Below are positions 50,101 to 58,773 of a stretch of DNA of 64,000 nucleotides, piece after piece (position 1 is the first letter of the stretch; every line of letters starts with the position of its first letter). The translations under genes were made by a program, and so were the position numbers. The notes under the pieces are model-generated. The model did no database searches, was not told the DNA's origin, and worked only from the letters and a program-made list of their open reading frames with translations. This stretch comes from Candidatus Melainabacteria bacterium (GTDB taxonomy: Bacteria > Cyanobacteriota > Vampirovibrionia > LMEP-6097): assembly GCA_005110385.1 (NCBI GenBank), contig DUDT01000021.1:45420-109419 (forward strand), in the 5' to 3' direction.

Positions 50101-50924
50101 ATGACGCTAGCGTTGATAGCAAGTCAGCAGATTTTTCTACAGCTAAAATTACTCTCAGCGACTTTAGAAGCCTGGCTGAAAAAAAAGGTTTTAATATTTT
50201 AAATCTTACAGCCCCTACTAACTACGGCAGCTTAGCTAACGCATTCCCTGTTAGAAAACCACCCTATCACAGTTGGGAAAAATATAGACAGGATGAAACT
50301 AAAGATGAAGACGCTGGTCATGTTCACAATACTCATATACTTGGTGGCTATGTCAGAAATCCTTTCTATTTAATGGAGCATTTCTGGTCTTTACAAGAAG
50401 CTGAACAAATCGTAGATAACGTAGCAACAGGGACTCAAGCAATTTTCGATGTTTTTAAAATAATGAGATCTTACTATACAAGAGGCATATCTAAACATGA
50501 CCCTTGCATCATGCTCAATGAAGCCCAAAAAATTCATAATAGTCTAAAAGTAAATGGAGTGACTGATCAAAACCAATACCCTCTACTCTGTGTCTCTGAC
50601 CTGCATTCTCGCTTCGACCTATCTCAGCTGCCAGAACTTAATCTCTATTTAGATACCTTTGACATGACTATATATGACAAACGTAAATTAGACGTGAATG
50701 ATAATAAAGAATCAGCATATTCACTCACACCAAAATTAAGTACTAGAGACCAGGAAATCTTTAAAGACCTTTTTATTGAACCTAATAACTATCCACACCA
50801 ACATCTACTTTTCTATCCTAGACCACTCTTTGAGAAATATAATAGTGCAGCGCTACCAAAATTTGACGATGGTAGTTACTTAAGGCTTCTTGATAAATAC
50901 AAAGAACTAGGATTGATTGATTAA
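47106..50924 (+). CDS. Large hypothetical protein (1272 aa)
   Basis: Long ORF, helical and charged composition, 12-bp tandem duplication (KPQGKPQG) near 47410-47437. No domain recognised. Confidence 0.8.
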   Translation: MGTQSTLQKMRSLNEAQNVLKTLKSLQKLRVEKDATVIEQYSDTEQEFDRNLKEELHSQEMKTWIRIPPQRLHHQGESVNQIIKLHDDLLTNIVQLKHDAGSKPQGKPQGKLLKQYLNHFESVKQLGSWFLYFDSLITAGISKEDLKIELKKRVPHEGYQSEGVLLNDRDPQLWKKILNGLTSTEIIDLFQDKPTNALLVPIQERYFGIIPQLLGRLGDLYNPKTHAKCIIDLMTKIHEGTNRQVFKPLLEDYVRTAIDVNLRTSLENNSLADLISEPQKFINQKETFKKLYAFEQLIQSDLPDLRDYDFVNDFDDKFNRKLASLRTRLLESEAKTDTDHLKTLKKFYQNYELSPDIISLMQEPLKTFERMDLLNNLKNRLDSQDSSLKEASLSFAQELLKYKPTSFSVVGNKRPLEDFIYNAEPEILGTSLKTGQIKSLFTMDDHSYRVKKNLANEYHRLIEILEYKGDLDKLETTTTYNFLDESRIQKQKEKILELLRSRENPEDSTTLKVFRQIMKAKILTPEEIIEKYLKYPRLKEVIKVLDQFLKDLKGFDTNSSESQELISEFIQRVKTYGAKPDGQQIMTGNQKNAASRFLQSNSRVAFENLIDQLNTGSPPYSNLFQKTQYVLSMLNIAKKTLEKTSNIGLDFDPKGKTQTRIDTIVTQISKDTSSFSQERDPRKIPEEFTQYLESIKSEMLTILEEYNESINRYNANPQNRQQDLMVFPEERESLSEAARNAAIEVADNALNDSAAFWNLAQAARTYRANPVTAANTDPNTPTDFRSRLESIIQQQEESLLLEMFKWCARDIQIFNTSSPNQYPGPGFVVKGINIPRALGIENENPKEYIRSLERDILPDSTNDRTVGKYSGVFSNMEKSELYFTRGFIAIVPPGYEPNKDTVSTFHIPTDEYPQPGTGTSRSTRSNRPSSDSLTQEQIDEKIINRHREHYSYIVFNDHFGRKDGENKIKERAYLVPTTVLKELTDPYLRKDDSNPDSINDASVDSKSADFSTAKITLSDFRSLAEKKGFNILNLTAPTNYGSLANAFPVRKPPYHSWEKYRQDETKDEDAGHVHNTHILGGYVRNPFYLMEHFWSLQEAEQIVDNVATGTQAIFDVFKIMRSYYTRGISKHDPCIMLNEAQKIHNSLKVNGVTDQNQYPLLCVSDLHSRFDLSQLPELNLYLDTFDMTIYDKRKLDVNDNKESAYSLTPKLSTRDQEIFKDLFIEPNNYPHQHLLFYPRPLFEKYNSAALPKFDDGSYLRLLDKYKELGLID

Positions 50925-50970
50925 ACGATTCTAATTTTTCATGGTTATTAAATAAGCTAAGATAATATTC

Positions 50971-51234
50971 ATGCTTGTAAATGCCTCATCATTAACCCAT
51001 GTTGGAACTACACTTTTTCGGGAAACAACTCAGGGCTTTCCTATACGTTTATCTCCAGCAGGTCGCTCACTAGCTAGCTCTTTAGCAGCAGCACCTACCG
51101 AGGCTCCGACTAGAGAACCCGTTACTACCCCTGCTCCAGACCCTACAGCGGTACCCACCCCACTACCACAAAGAATGCCAGCACCTAGACCTAGACCCAG
51201 CCCCTCAGTACCTGATCATTGCGCACCAGATTAA
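50971..51234 (+). CDS. Small proline-rich peptide (87 aa)
   Basis: ATG-start ORF filling the gap before tyrS, P/T/A-rich, ends PDHCAPD. Confidence 0.55.
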   Translation: MLVNASSLTHVGTTLFRETTQGFPIRLSPAGRSLASSLAAAPTEAPTREPVTTPAPDPTAVPTPLPQRMPAPRPRPSPSVPDHCAPD

Positions 51235-51291
51235 AAAAATAATTTTAAACACTCCCTTAAAGAATCCGAAGCTTTATAATTAGTCTTCGCA

Positions 51292-52596
51292 ATGCAAGCT
51301 AACTTAAGTACAGATGAAAAAATCCAAAAAACCTTAAACGGCATAGTAGATTTTAAGCCTGGCGGAACTAAAGAATTAGAAAAATTACTGAAAGATGCTG
51401 CTAAAGAGGGAAAGCAGCTTAGAGTTAAGCTTGGTATAGATCCTACTAGTACAGATTTACATTTAGGTCATATGGTCTGTATGCAGAAGCTTAAACAGTT
51501 TCAGGAACTCGGTCACCAAGCGGTTTTAATTATAGGTGGCTTTACCGCTCAGGTAGGCGACCCATCTGGTAGAAACTCAGCTAGACCACCTCTCACGGCT
51601 GAAGATGTAGCTAAAAACGCGCAGACTTATCTAGATCAGGTTTCTAAAGTTTTAGATTTAAATAAAGTAGAAATCGTAAATAATACTGACTGGTTTAATA
51701 AGTTTTCTTTAAACGATATGCTGAAGCTTGCAGGGAAAGTTACTATTAATCAGATGCTCGCTAAAGAAGCTTTCGGTAAGAGGCTCGATGAAGGAAATCC
51801 GCTATTCGCTCATGAGATTTTTTATCCACTTTTGCAGGGCTTCGACAGCGTCGAAGTAAGGGCAGATATAGAACTAGGTGGTACTGACCAAACCTTTAAT
51901 TTAATGGTCGGTAGAGACTTACAGAAAGCTTATGATCAGCCTCAGCAGCATATTTTAACTATGCCGCTATTAATCGGACTAGACGGGCAGAAAAAAATGT
52001 CTAAGACTAGTCTTAACTACATCGCCTTAAATGATAGTCCAGAAGACATGTTCGGTAAGACTATGAGTATCAGCGATGAAATGATTTTAGATTACTACAC
52101 TCTCTGCGTATCAGCGTCAGCAGAGCTTTTAAAAGAAGTGGCAGATAAACTTAGTCAGCGAGAAGAATTTAACCCTAGAGATATTAAAGTAGAGTTAGCG
52201 ATGAGAATAGTAGAAACTTATTATTCTAAAGACGAGGCAGCGAGAGCTAAAGAACATTTCGAGAATTTGTTTAAAAAGAAATTAGTTCCAGACGATATTC
52301 CAGAGTGTAATTTATTTGAGCTTAAAGACTATGATCTAGATACAGGCATTCCATTAGTCGATTTAATGGTTCTTAAAGAACTCGCTGAGACTAAGGGTGA
52401 AGCGAAGCGTCTTATACAGGGTGGTGGCGTTAAACTTAATGGCGAGAAGATTTCAGATGTTTTTTTGAAACTGACTTTAGAATATCTGAAATCCATCAGT
52501 GATTCGACTGAAAATCAGGATAATACAGCAGCTATTTTACAAGTCGGCAAGAAAAAATTCTGTAAACTAGTAACTCACACCACAATAAAAGCATAG
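51292..52596 (+). CDS. tyrS: Tyrosine--tRNA ligase
   Basis: GIDPTSTDLHLGH, GGTDQTFN, KKMSKT and S4-like EAKRLIQGGGVKLNG. Confidence 0.98.
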   Translation: MQANLSTDEKIQKTLNGIVDFKPGGTKELEKLLKDAAKEGKQLRVKLGIDPTSTDLHLGHMVCMQKLKQFQELGHQAVLIIGGFTAQVGDPSGRNSARPPLTAEDVAKNAQTYLDQVSKVLDLNKVEIVNNTDWFNKFSLNDMLKLAGKVTINQMLAKEAFGKRLDEGNPLFAHEIFYPLLQGFDSVEVRADIELGGTDQTFNLMVGRDLQKAYDQPQQHILTMPLLIGLDGQKKMSKTSLNYIALNDSPEDMFGKTMSISDEMILDYYTLCVSASAELLKEVADKLSQREEFNPRDIKVELAMRIVETYYSKDEAARAKEHFENLFKKKLVPDDIPECNLFELKDYDLDTGIPLVDLMVLKELAETKGEAKRLIQGGGVKLNGEKISDVFLKLTLEYLKSISDSTENQDNTAAILQVGKKKFCKLVTHTTIKA

Positions 52597-52609
52597 TAAA
52601 AGATTCATA

Positions 52610-54007
52610 GTGGCTAACCTTATAAATTTTCTTGATAATAACCTACCCTTTATCTCAGAGATTCTACTTGCTGATATTAGATTATTTATTAAGAATATTC
52701 ACGCAGAAGAATTAGAGATATTCGTTCATAATTACTATCACTCTAAACAAGATTCCTTTTATCTCGACTCCTCTGCAAAAACCATGGATAAAGGCAGGCA
52801 CTTTCAGATTTACAAAGATGCCTTTATACAGAAAGCTTTTCAGCTTGGTAAGCCTTTAGTTGGGCAGTATGGACTAGTAGTCGAAAATAGAAGAATACAG
52901 GAGTTCGCCTATCCTATCCTAGATTCAGATTGTGGTGGAAGCACTGACGAAACCATCGCAGTGATAGCAATCCAGAGAGATATATATTTAACTCGCTTAA
53001 TACTCGGTAGGCACTGGGATTTTATCGCAGATATTTTAATTAAATCACTTAAAAGTAAATTACTTACTGACACTAATTTTCCAGCTATTAGCCTAGGGGA
53101 AGGGGTAATTATTTTAAAAGAAGATAGAAAAATATTTTTCCCTAACCCTATCTCAGTAAGCTTACTTTCAGAGATAGCAGAACATACTAATCAACTGCTT
53201 GGCCGTTCCTTAGATGATCTACTCCATAATTACTCCAAAAAATATAAAGGTAAACAGACCGCTAACTCCATAGAAGCCATAGAGGAGATAAGCCTTAGGC
53301 GTAGGTCTCTAAGATTACGCTATGTGCCGCTTACGGAGGGCTTTTCAGCCGTCATCCTAAAAGATATTTCCGAATTGAAAATTAAGGAGACTTTACTAAA
53401 AGAAATACATCACCGCGTGAAAAATAATTTACAGACAGTCGCTTCCCTTCTTAGAATGCAGCAACGCAGAAATCCTGAGCTTAAAGACTGCTTTAATGAA
53501 GCGATTAACCGTACTAATAGCATTAGCATAGTACATGAATCCCTCTCTCACAGTGATGATATAGAGAACATTGATTTCGGTTATCTTTCACAGCAGATCA
53601 TTAAAAATCTTTTAGCTTCCTTCGGTTTAGAAAACTTATCAATAAACTTTTACTGTCCGCAAAAAATCCTCATACAGAGTGACGAAGCGACGAAACTTGC
53701 TTTAATTTTAAATGAATTATTATCTAACTCTTTGGAGCACGCTGGGGAAAAGCTAAGTCAGATAGACATTAGCTTAAATTACTTGGAATATGATGCAGAT
53801 ACACTCCTACTCTCTATTGCTGATAATGGAGTAGGCTTTCCAGAAGATTTTAATTTTAATAAGACGACTGGACTTGGCTGGGAAATCATTAAAAATCTTG
53901 CAGAGGAGTGTCTTGAAGCGAAAATTAATATAGATAAATCTCATTCTGGGGCGAAAGTGGAGATGCTAATTCCCCTGAAAAAACTTCTAAACCTTAATGT
54001 CGAGTGA
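52610..54007 (+). CDS. Soluble sensor histidine kinase, PdtaS/EutW (HisKA_2) type
   Basis: KEIHHRVKNNLQ, NELLSNSLEHA, DNGVGFP and GLGWEII motifs. No TM. Confidence 0.9.
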   Translation: MANLINFLDNNLPFISEILLADIRLFIKNIHAEELEIFVHNYYHSKQDSFYLDSSAKTMDKGRHFQIYKDAFIQKAFQLGKPLVGQYGLVVENRRIQEFAYPILDSDCGGSTDETIAVIAIQRDIYLTRLILGRHWDFIADILIKSLKSKLLTDTNFPAISLGEGVIILKEDRKIFFPNPISVSLLSEIAEHTNQLLGRSLDDLLHNYSKKYKGKQTANSIEAIEEISLRRRSLRLRYVPLTEGFSAVILKDISELKIKETLLKEIHHRVKNNLQTVASLLRMQQRRNPELKDCFNEAINRTNSISIVHESLSHSDDIENIDFGYLSQQIIKNLLASFGLENLSINFYCPQKILIQSDEATKLALILNELLSNSLEHAGEKLSQIDISLNYLEYDADTLLLSIADNGVGFPEDFNFNKTTGLGWEIIKNLAEECLEAKINIDKSHSGAKVEMLIPLKKLLNLNVE

Positions 54008-54056
54008 AAATATCTCGATATAGCCTTATAATATTAAGTACGGTTGTTTTTAAAAT

Positions 54057-54659
54057 ATGAGTAACTCAGATGAACATTTGATTAAAGTTTTTATTGTTGA
54101 TGATGAACCATTGATCAGAATGGACTTACGAGAGATGCTACATGAATCCTTAGTCTATAAAGTCGTAGGTGAGGCCAAAGACGGTAGCGAGGCTTTAGAA
54201 CTTATTAAGCAAGCAGAGCCAGACATAATTTTCATGGATGTTCGTATGCCTAAACAGGACGGTATTACCACAGCTAAGCAGATTCAAGAAAATTTTGTGA
54301 GTATTATTCCTGTAATTATGCTCACAGCTTACAGCCAACAAGACCTAATTGAGCAAGCTAGTGCCGCAGGTGTCTTTGCTTATCTAACGAAGCCTCTCAG
54401 AAAACCCGATTTAATACCAGCTATCGAAATATCTTTAGCAAGGGCTGTAGAGATGCGAGAGCTGCGTCAAGAAGTAGATACTCTTAAAGATAAAATCGAA
54501 ACTAGAAAATTAGTAGAGAAAGCTAAAGGTATCTTGATGACTAGATTTGATATCCCAGAACAAGTAGCTTACAGAAAACTTCAGAAAGAGGCTATGGATA
54601 AACGCATGAGTCTTAAAGAAATGGCTCAGATTTTACTTGAAACTTTAGCGACTAGTTAG
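54057..54659 (+). CDS. ANTAR-domain response regulator (PdtaR/EutV type)
   Basis: REC domain (VDDE, FMDVRMP, LTAY, KP) plus RKLVEKAKGILM...AYRKLQKEAMDKR. Confidence 0.93.
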   Translation: MSNSDEHLIKVFIVDDEPLIRMDLREMLHESLVYKVVGEAKDGSEALELIKQAEPDIIFMDVRMPKQDGITTAKQIQENFVSIIPVIMLTAYSQQDLIEQASAAGVFAYLTKPLRKPDLIPAIEISLARAVEMRELRQEVDTLKDKIETRKLVEKAKGILMTRFDIPEQVAYRKLQKEAMDKRMSLKEMAQILLETLATS

Positions 54660-54680
54660 ATTAAAAATCACTCCGAAGTG

Positions 54681-54717
54681 CCATATAATTTTGGAGTTAG
54701 ATTCCGAAATTATATGG
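54681..54717. repeat. Long hairpin between the ANTAR regulator and the ATPase gene
   Basis: ccatataattttggag-ttaga-ttccgaaattatatgg, a 16-bp stem with 2 G:T pairs. Confidence 0.7.
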
Positions 54718-54729
54718 TAAATTAACTTT

Positions 54730-55986
54730 ATGGATTATAGAAAAAGATTTATTGAATCTGAGATAGATGATCTTTTCGAGATATTCCCAATCGTTTCATT
54801 AACTGGTCCTCGCCAATCTGGTAAGTCGACTCTTATTAAGCATTACATCAGTAAAAAAAAAGTACCATGGGCTTATATTTCCTTAGATGATAGAGAAATA
54901 CTTTTAAGAATAAAGGAAGATCCCACCCTTTTCGCTCACTCAATAAATTCAAATATCGCTATAGACGAAGCACAAAAAGCGCCAGAGTTATTTCATGCTT
55001 TAAAGCAGGTGGTGGACGCAGGATTAAAACATAAAATTATTCTTTCTGGTTCGGCTAATTTTTTATTACTAAAATCCATTACTGAATCTCTTGCTGGCAG
55101 GGTTGGTCTTTTAGAGCTTCAAGCTTTTTCAATCGCTGAAGCTTATGAATATAAATCAAATTCATTAATACATAAAATCATTAAGCACGACTCAGTAAAA
55201 GATCTCTATGAAACACTTATGAATAGGGCATTAGAGAAAATTTCTGATAAAAAATTAATGAATTTCATTCTCTATGGCGGTTTTCCTAAACTTATTGAAT
55301 TAAAGCCTGCACAGAAACTAAAGTGGTTTGATCGCTATATTAGTACTTACATCGAAAGAGATTTACGTGATCTATCACAGATTGGGAATTTAGATAATTT
55401 TCAGAAAGTTTATAAATTATTTGCCTATCAAACAGCTCAAATTCTTAACCTCAGCAATATTGCAAGTGACACTGGAATAGATTCTAAAACAGTAAAGCAC
55501 TATCTATCAATATTAGAATCATCATATCAGTGTAAAACTCTGCCAGCCTATTTTTCAAAGCAACGTAAACAATTAATTAAAAGTCCTAAAATCTTTTACA
55601 CTGATACGGGATTAGTAAACTTTCACCAAAGAAACGTTGATCTGGATTCAATGTTAAATAGAGGTGGCTGGGGCCATATACTTGAAACCTTTGTCTATAG
55701 TGAATTACATAAAGAGGCTAAAGATATGAGTCCTAAAGTGGATTTATATTTCTGGCGAACGAACAATGGTGCTGAAGTAGATTTTGTTTTAAGTTATGGT
55801 GAAAAACTTTATCCTATAGAAGTAAAAGGAGCTGCAATAGTAAACAGGTATGAGCTCAAAGGTTTAGAAAGCTTTATGGATGCTGAAGGAACTAAAGTAC
55901 CCTTTGGAATAGTTTTCTATCGTGGTGATAGAATTAGCTTTTTTAAAGAAAATATTTTAGGTATTCCTTTAGGGTATTTAAACTAA
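54730..55986 (+). CDS. AAA_14 ATP-binding protein with DUF4143
   Basis: TGPRQSGKST, IDEAQKAP, LSGS, ESLAGRV, KSPKIFYTDTG, YFWRT..GAEVD and IEVK. Confidence 0.92.
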   Translation: MDYRKRFIESEIDDLFEIFPIVSLTGPRQSGKSTLIKHYISKKKVPWAYISLDDREILLRIKEDPTLFAHSINSNIAIDEAQKAPELFHALKQVVDAGLKHKIILSGSANFLLLKSITESLAGRVGLLELQAFSIAEAYEYKSNSLIHKIIKHDSVKDLYETLMNRALEKISDKKLMNFILYGGFPKLIELKPAQKLKWFDRYISTYIERDLRDLSQIGNLDNFQKVYKLFAYQTAQILNLSNIASDTGIDSKTVKHYLSILESSYQCKTLPAYFSKQRKQLIKSPKIFYTDTGLVNFHQRNVDLDSMLNRGGWGHILETFVYSELHKEAKDMSPKVDLYFWRTNNGAEVDFVLSYGEKLYPIEVKGAAIVNRYELKGLESFMDAEGTKVPFGIVFYRGDRISFFKENILGIPLGYLN

Positions 55987-56017
55987 AAAGCCTTAACCTC
56001 TTTACCTGACAGTCCGT

Positions 56018-56040
56018 GATGAAAAACGAGGTTTTTCATC
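56018..56040. terminator. Putative bidirectional terminator hairpin
   Basis: Perfect 10-bp stem gatgaaaaac-gag-gtttttcatc between convergent genes. Confidence 0.6.
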
Positions 56041-56042
56041 AC

Positions 56043-56975
56043 TTAAATTTCCAGCTCAATAAAATAACGAGGTCTATCCTTAACTTCCTGATAAAGCTTG
56101 CCGATATATTCACCGAGTATGCCGAAACACAGTAGCTGAACACCACCTATAAAATAAATAGAAATTATAATAGAAGCCCAGCCTGGGACCACCTCACCGA
56201 AAAGCTTAGAGTATAAGGCCCAGAGACCGATTCCCACTGAGGCAAGAATAGAAAGAAAGCCTAAACCACTTATAAGGCGTAAAGGCATTACAGAAAAAGA
56301 AGTTATACCATTCCAAGCAAAGGAAAGCATTTTATTTAATGGATATTTCGATTCACCAGCAAAGCGTTTCGATCTATCATAATGGACTATCGAATGCTTA
56401 AAACCGATCAAAGGAATTACTCCTCTTAAAAACATATTTATCTCACGAAATTCTTTTAAAGCCTGAATCGCTCTTCTACTCATCAGTCTATAATCTGCAT
56501 GATTATAGATGGTTTTAGTTCCCAGAAAGTTCATTAAACCATAAAATAACTGTGCTGTAGTTCTTTTAAAGAATGAGTCTGAGTCTCTCTGTTTTCGTGC
56601 CGCATAAACGATCTGGTCGCCCTGCAAATAGTTATCTAACATTTCACGAATAACATTAATATCATCTTGTAAATCAGCATCGATGCTGATTACGGCATCA
56701 GCATCGACACTAAATAAACCAGCTAGTAAAGCGTTCTGGTGACCGCAGTTATTTGAAAGCTTAATACCTTTAATATGCTGCGTTTCTTTACTTAAATCTT
56801 GAATCTGAGACCAAGTTTTATCGGCACTGCCATCATCAACAAAACAAATAAAACTAGAATCTGATATTTTAGCTGCTGTAATTAATTCTTTTAATAAATC
56901 TAAAAGACGAGAAGCTGTCTCTGTCAGAACTTCTTCTTCGTTATAACAAGGTACTACTATCGCTATTTTGGTCAC
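56043..56975 (-). CDS. GT2 polyprenol-phosphate glycosyltransferase (GtrB/YkcC-like)
   Basis: VVPCYNEE, VDDGS, GHQNAL, IDADLQD, two C-terminal TMs, GEYIGKLYQEVKDRP. Confidence 0.92.
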   Translation of the reverse strand: MTKIAIVVPCYNEEEVLTETASRLLDLLKELITAAKISDSSFICFVDDGSADKTWSQIQDLSKETQHIKGIKLSNNCGHQNALLAGLFSVDADAVISIDADLQDDINVIREMLDNYLQGDQIVYAARKQRDSDSFFKRTTAQLFYGLMNFLGTKTIYNHADYRLMSRRAIQALKEFREINMFLRGVIPLIGFKHSIVHYDRSKRFAGESKYPLNKMLSFAWNGITSFSVMPLRLISGLGFLSILASVGIGLWALYSKLFGEVVPGWASIIISIYFIGGVQLLCFGILGEYIGKLYQEVKDRPRYFIELEI

Positions 56976-57004
56976 AATGATAACTCATAAAAAACCTCTG
57001 TATA

Positions 57005-57020
57005 TTATGCAGCGGTCTCT
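57005..57020. repeat. TIR remnant of the palindromic element
   Basis: ttatgcagcggtctct vs ttgtgcagcggtctc. Confidence 0.55.
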
Positions 57021-57171
57021 ATGAGTATAATAGACTATCGAGACAGGGAGACAAAAAATTCTCAGATTATTATTTATCTTTCAAACTTTAATTGCTGCCA
57101 TTTCATGGCTAGCTTGGTTTATAGCAGCTCAAGATAGTAAACTCGGCTATTTCGTCCAAAAAAGTTTTTTC

Positions 57172-58773
57172 TTGCCCGTTCCGCTAGAGCAAGTTACCAA
57201 CCAAGTAGTTAATAGTTTTAGCCTCGCAGAATTTCCCTCTTGGTTAATCTGCTTGAATGACCTGCACGTACCTTCTGGCTATCAAGTCTTGAACCATTTA
57301 TCCATGCTGGTTTTCGTAATAATTTATGGCTTTATTTTCTTTAAGACTGTATTTCCTGATTTTAATTTTCTTCGAATCACATCCTTTACAGAAAAACAAA
57401 CCCCGTCTCAGAATGATCTTTTTTGGTTAATCGGCATAGCTTTTATTTCTACGCTTATGTTACCAGCTAATTCTTCTGATATATTTGGCTATATCTCTTT
57501 TGGTGAGCAGATAGTTCACTATGATCAGAACCCCTATAGTGAAATTTTAGCGAATATAGAAAACTGTCGTTTAGATCCACTATTGGGAAATATGCGCTGG
57601 GAGTATAATCCATCACCATATGGCCCTATTTTTACTTTAATTTGTAAATTTTTTGTTAACCTATCTTGGAATAATCTATGGCTTAGCTTTTTTATTTTTA
57701 AGATATTTAATTTTATCTGTTATTTATTACTTATTTATATTTTTCATCATACCTTGAAATACTTTCCCACAGTACACTGCGGTCATTCGTCCTCCTCAGT
57801 CTTGAACTTGCACATTCAGCAACAGTGCCCAGCGGGAACCTCTGATTCTGCTCAAAAAATAATGATCTGGAACACAGATAGAGTGTGGTATCTCGTAGCT
57901 TTAAATCCACTATTAATAATTCAAGGTCTCTGGAATGGTCATAATGACCTGCTTTTAGCCATATTAGCCTTCGCCCCAGTATTTTTCACGGTAAAAGCTT
58001 TATCATCAGAGGAAAACGCAGAAACTGTAGATGGCAAGCAGCCCCATGTTCTATTTAAATTTCTTAAACCTAAATACCTTAGTTTTAATTTAGCTATCTG
58101 CCTGCTAATCCTTTCTGTTTTAATAAAATATATAACGATTATTTTAATACCCTTACTGTTACTGTGGATTTGGAAAAGAGAACGCTACATACCTTATTAC
58201 GGCTTAATTACAGGGATTTTCTGCTTCTATTTTTCTTCTCAGTATTTTAATTTATTTAACATCGATTATACAGAAATCTCTAATAATGCAACTCTCTTTC
58301 ATAAATCACTTTTTGATGTGATTAACACAGTATTTAAATTAATCACTAAGGCAGATCTACCTAAGTCTGCTGTTTTAATCTCACTTGCAGCCTATGCCTT
58401 ATTTTATGCTTATATATTTTTTAAACTCTTTTTCTCTAAGACAGGTAAGAAGCAGGATCATGAGGACGATGAAAACGCAAAAATAGGAGTTTCCGAGCAG
58501 TCCCTTGATATAAGCTTTCTTAAAAGCCTAAGCTTAGTTTATGCTGTTTTACTTTTAATAATTAGTCCTAAGTTTCATTCTTGGTATTTAATTTCCCTTT
58601 TACCTTTCGCAGCGATATCTCATCCTCGCTGGTGCTTTGCTTTAAGCCTCGGGCATTTACTGTCCATAACTTTTATAGATCAGGCTCATATTTTAAATTA
58701 TCTACTGATGACGGTGCTGCCGGTGGCGCAGACATATTTTTACGATTCTTACCTACGCAGAAACTATTTCTAA
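57172..58773 (+). CDS. GT-C-type membrane glycosyltransferase (MptB/DUF2029-like) with three repeat inserts. The frame is open upstream to 57034.
   Basis: SSDIFGY, NPY, PSPYGP, LNPLL...NGHNDL, IKY and WY motifs in a multi-TM protein. Divergent from the GtrB-like gene. Confidence 0.8.
   Translation: MPVPLEQVTNQVVNSFSLAEFPSWLICLNDLHVPSGYQVLNHLSMLVFVIIYGFIFFKTVFPDFNFLRITSFTEKQTPSQNDLFWLIGIAFISTLMLPANSSDIFGYISFGEQIVHYDQNPYSEILANIENCRLDPLLGNMRWEYNPSPYGPIFTLICKFFVNLSWNNLWLSFFIFKIFNFICYLLLIYIFHHTLKYFPTVHCGHSSSSVLNLHIQQQCPAGTSDSAQKIMIWNTDRVWYLVALNPLLIIQGLWNGHNDLLLAILAFAPVFFTVKALSSEENAETVDGKQPHVLFKFLKPKYLSFNLAICLLILSVLIKYITIILIPLLLLWIWKRERYIPYYGLITGIFCFYFSSQYFNLFNIDYTEISNNATLFHKSLFDVINTVFKLITKADLPKSAVLISLAAYALFYAYIFFKLFFSKTGKKQDHEDDENAKIGVSEQSLDISFLKSLSLVYAVLLLIISPKFHSWYLISLLPFAAISHPRWCFALSLGHLLSITFIDQAHILNYLLMTVLPVAQTYFYDSYLRRNYF
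57771..57829. repeat. Half palindromic element in frame (VHCGHSSSSVLNLHIQQQC)
   Basis: agtacactgcggtcattcgtcctcctcagtcttgaacttgcac matches the right half of copy A. Confidence 0.92.
58009..58045. repeat. Degenerate partial element in frame (EENAETVDGKQP)
   Basis: 30/37 identity to the radA-type arm by manual alignment. Confidence 0.7.
58454..58504. repeat. Half palindromic element in frame (DHEDDENAKIGVSEQS)
   Basis: aggatcatgaggacgatgaaaacgcaaaaataggagtttccgagcagtccc matches 62106-62156. Confidence 0.9.
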
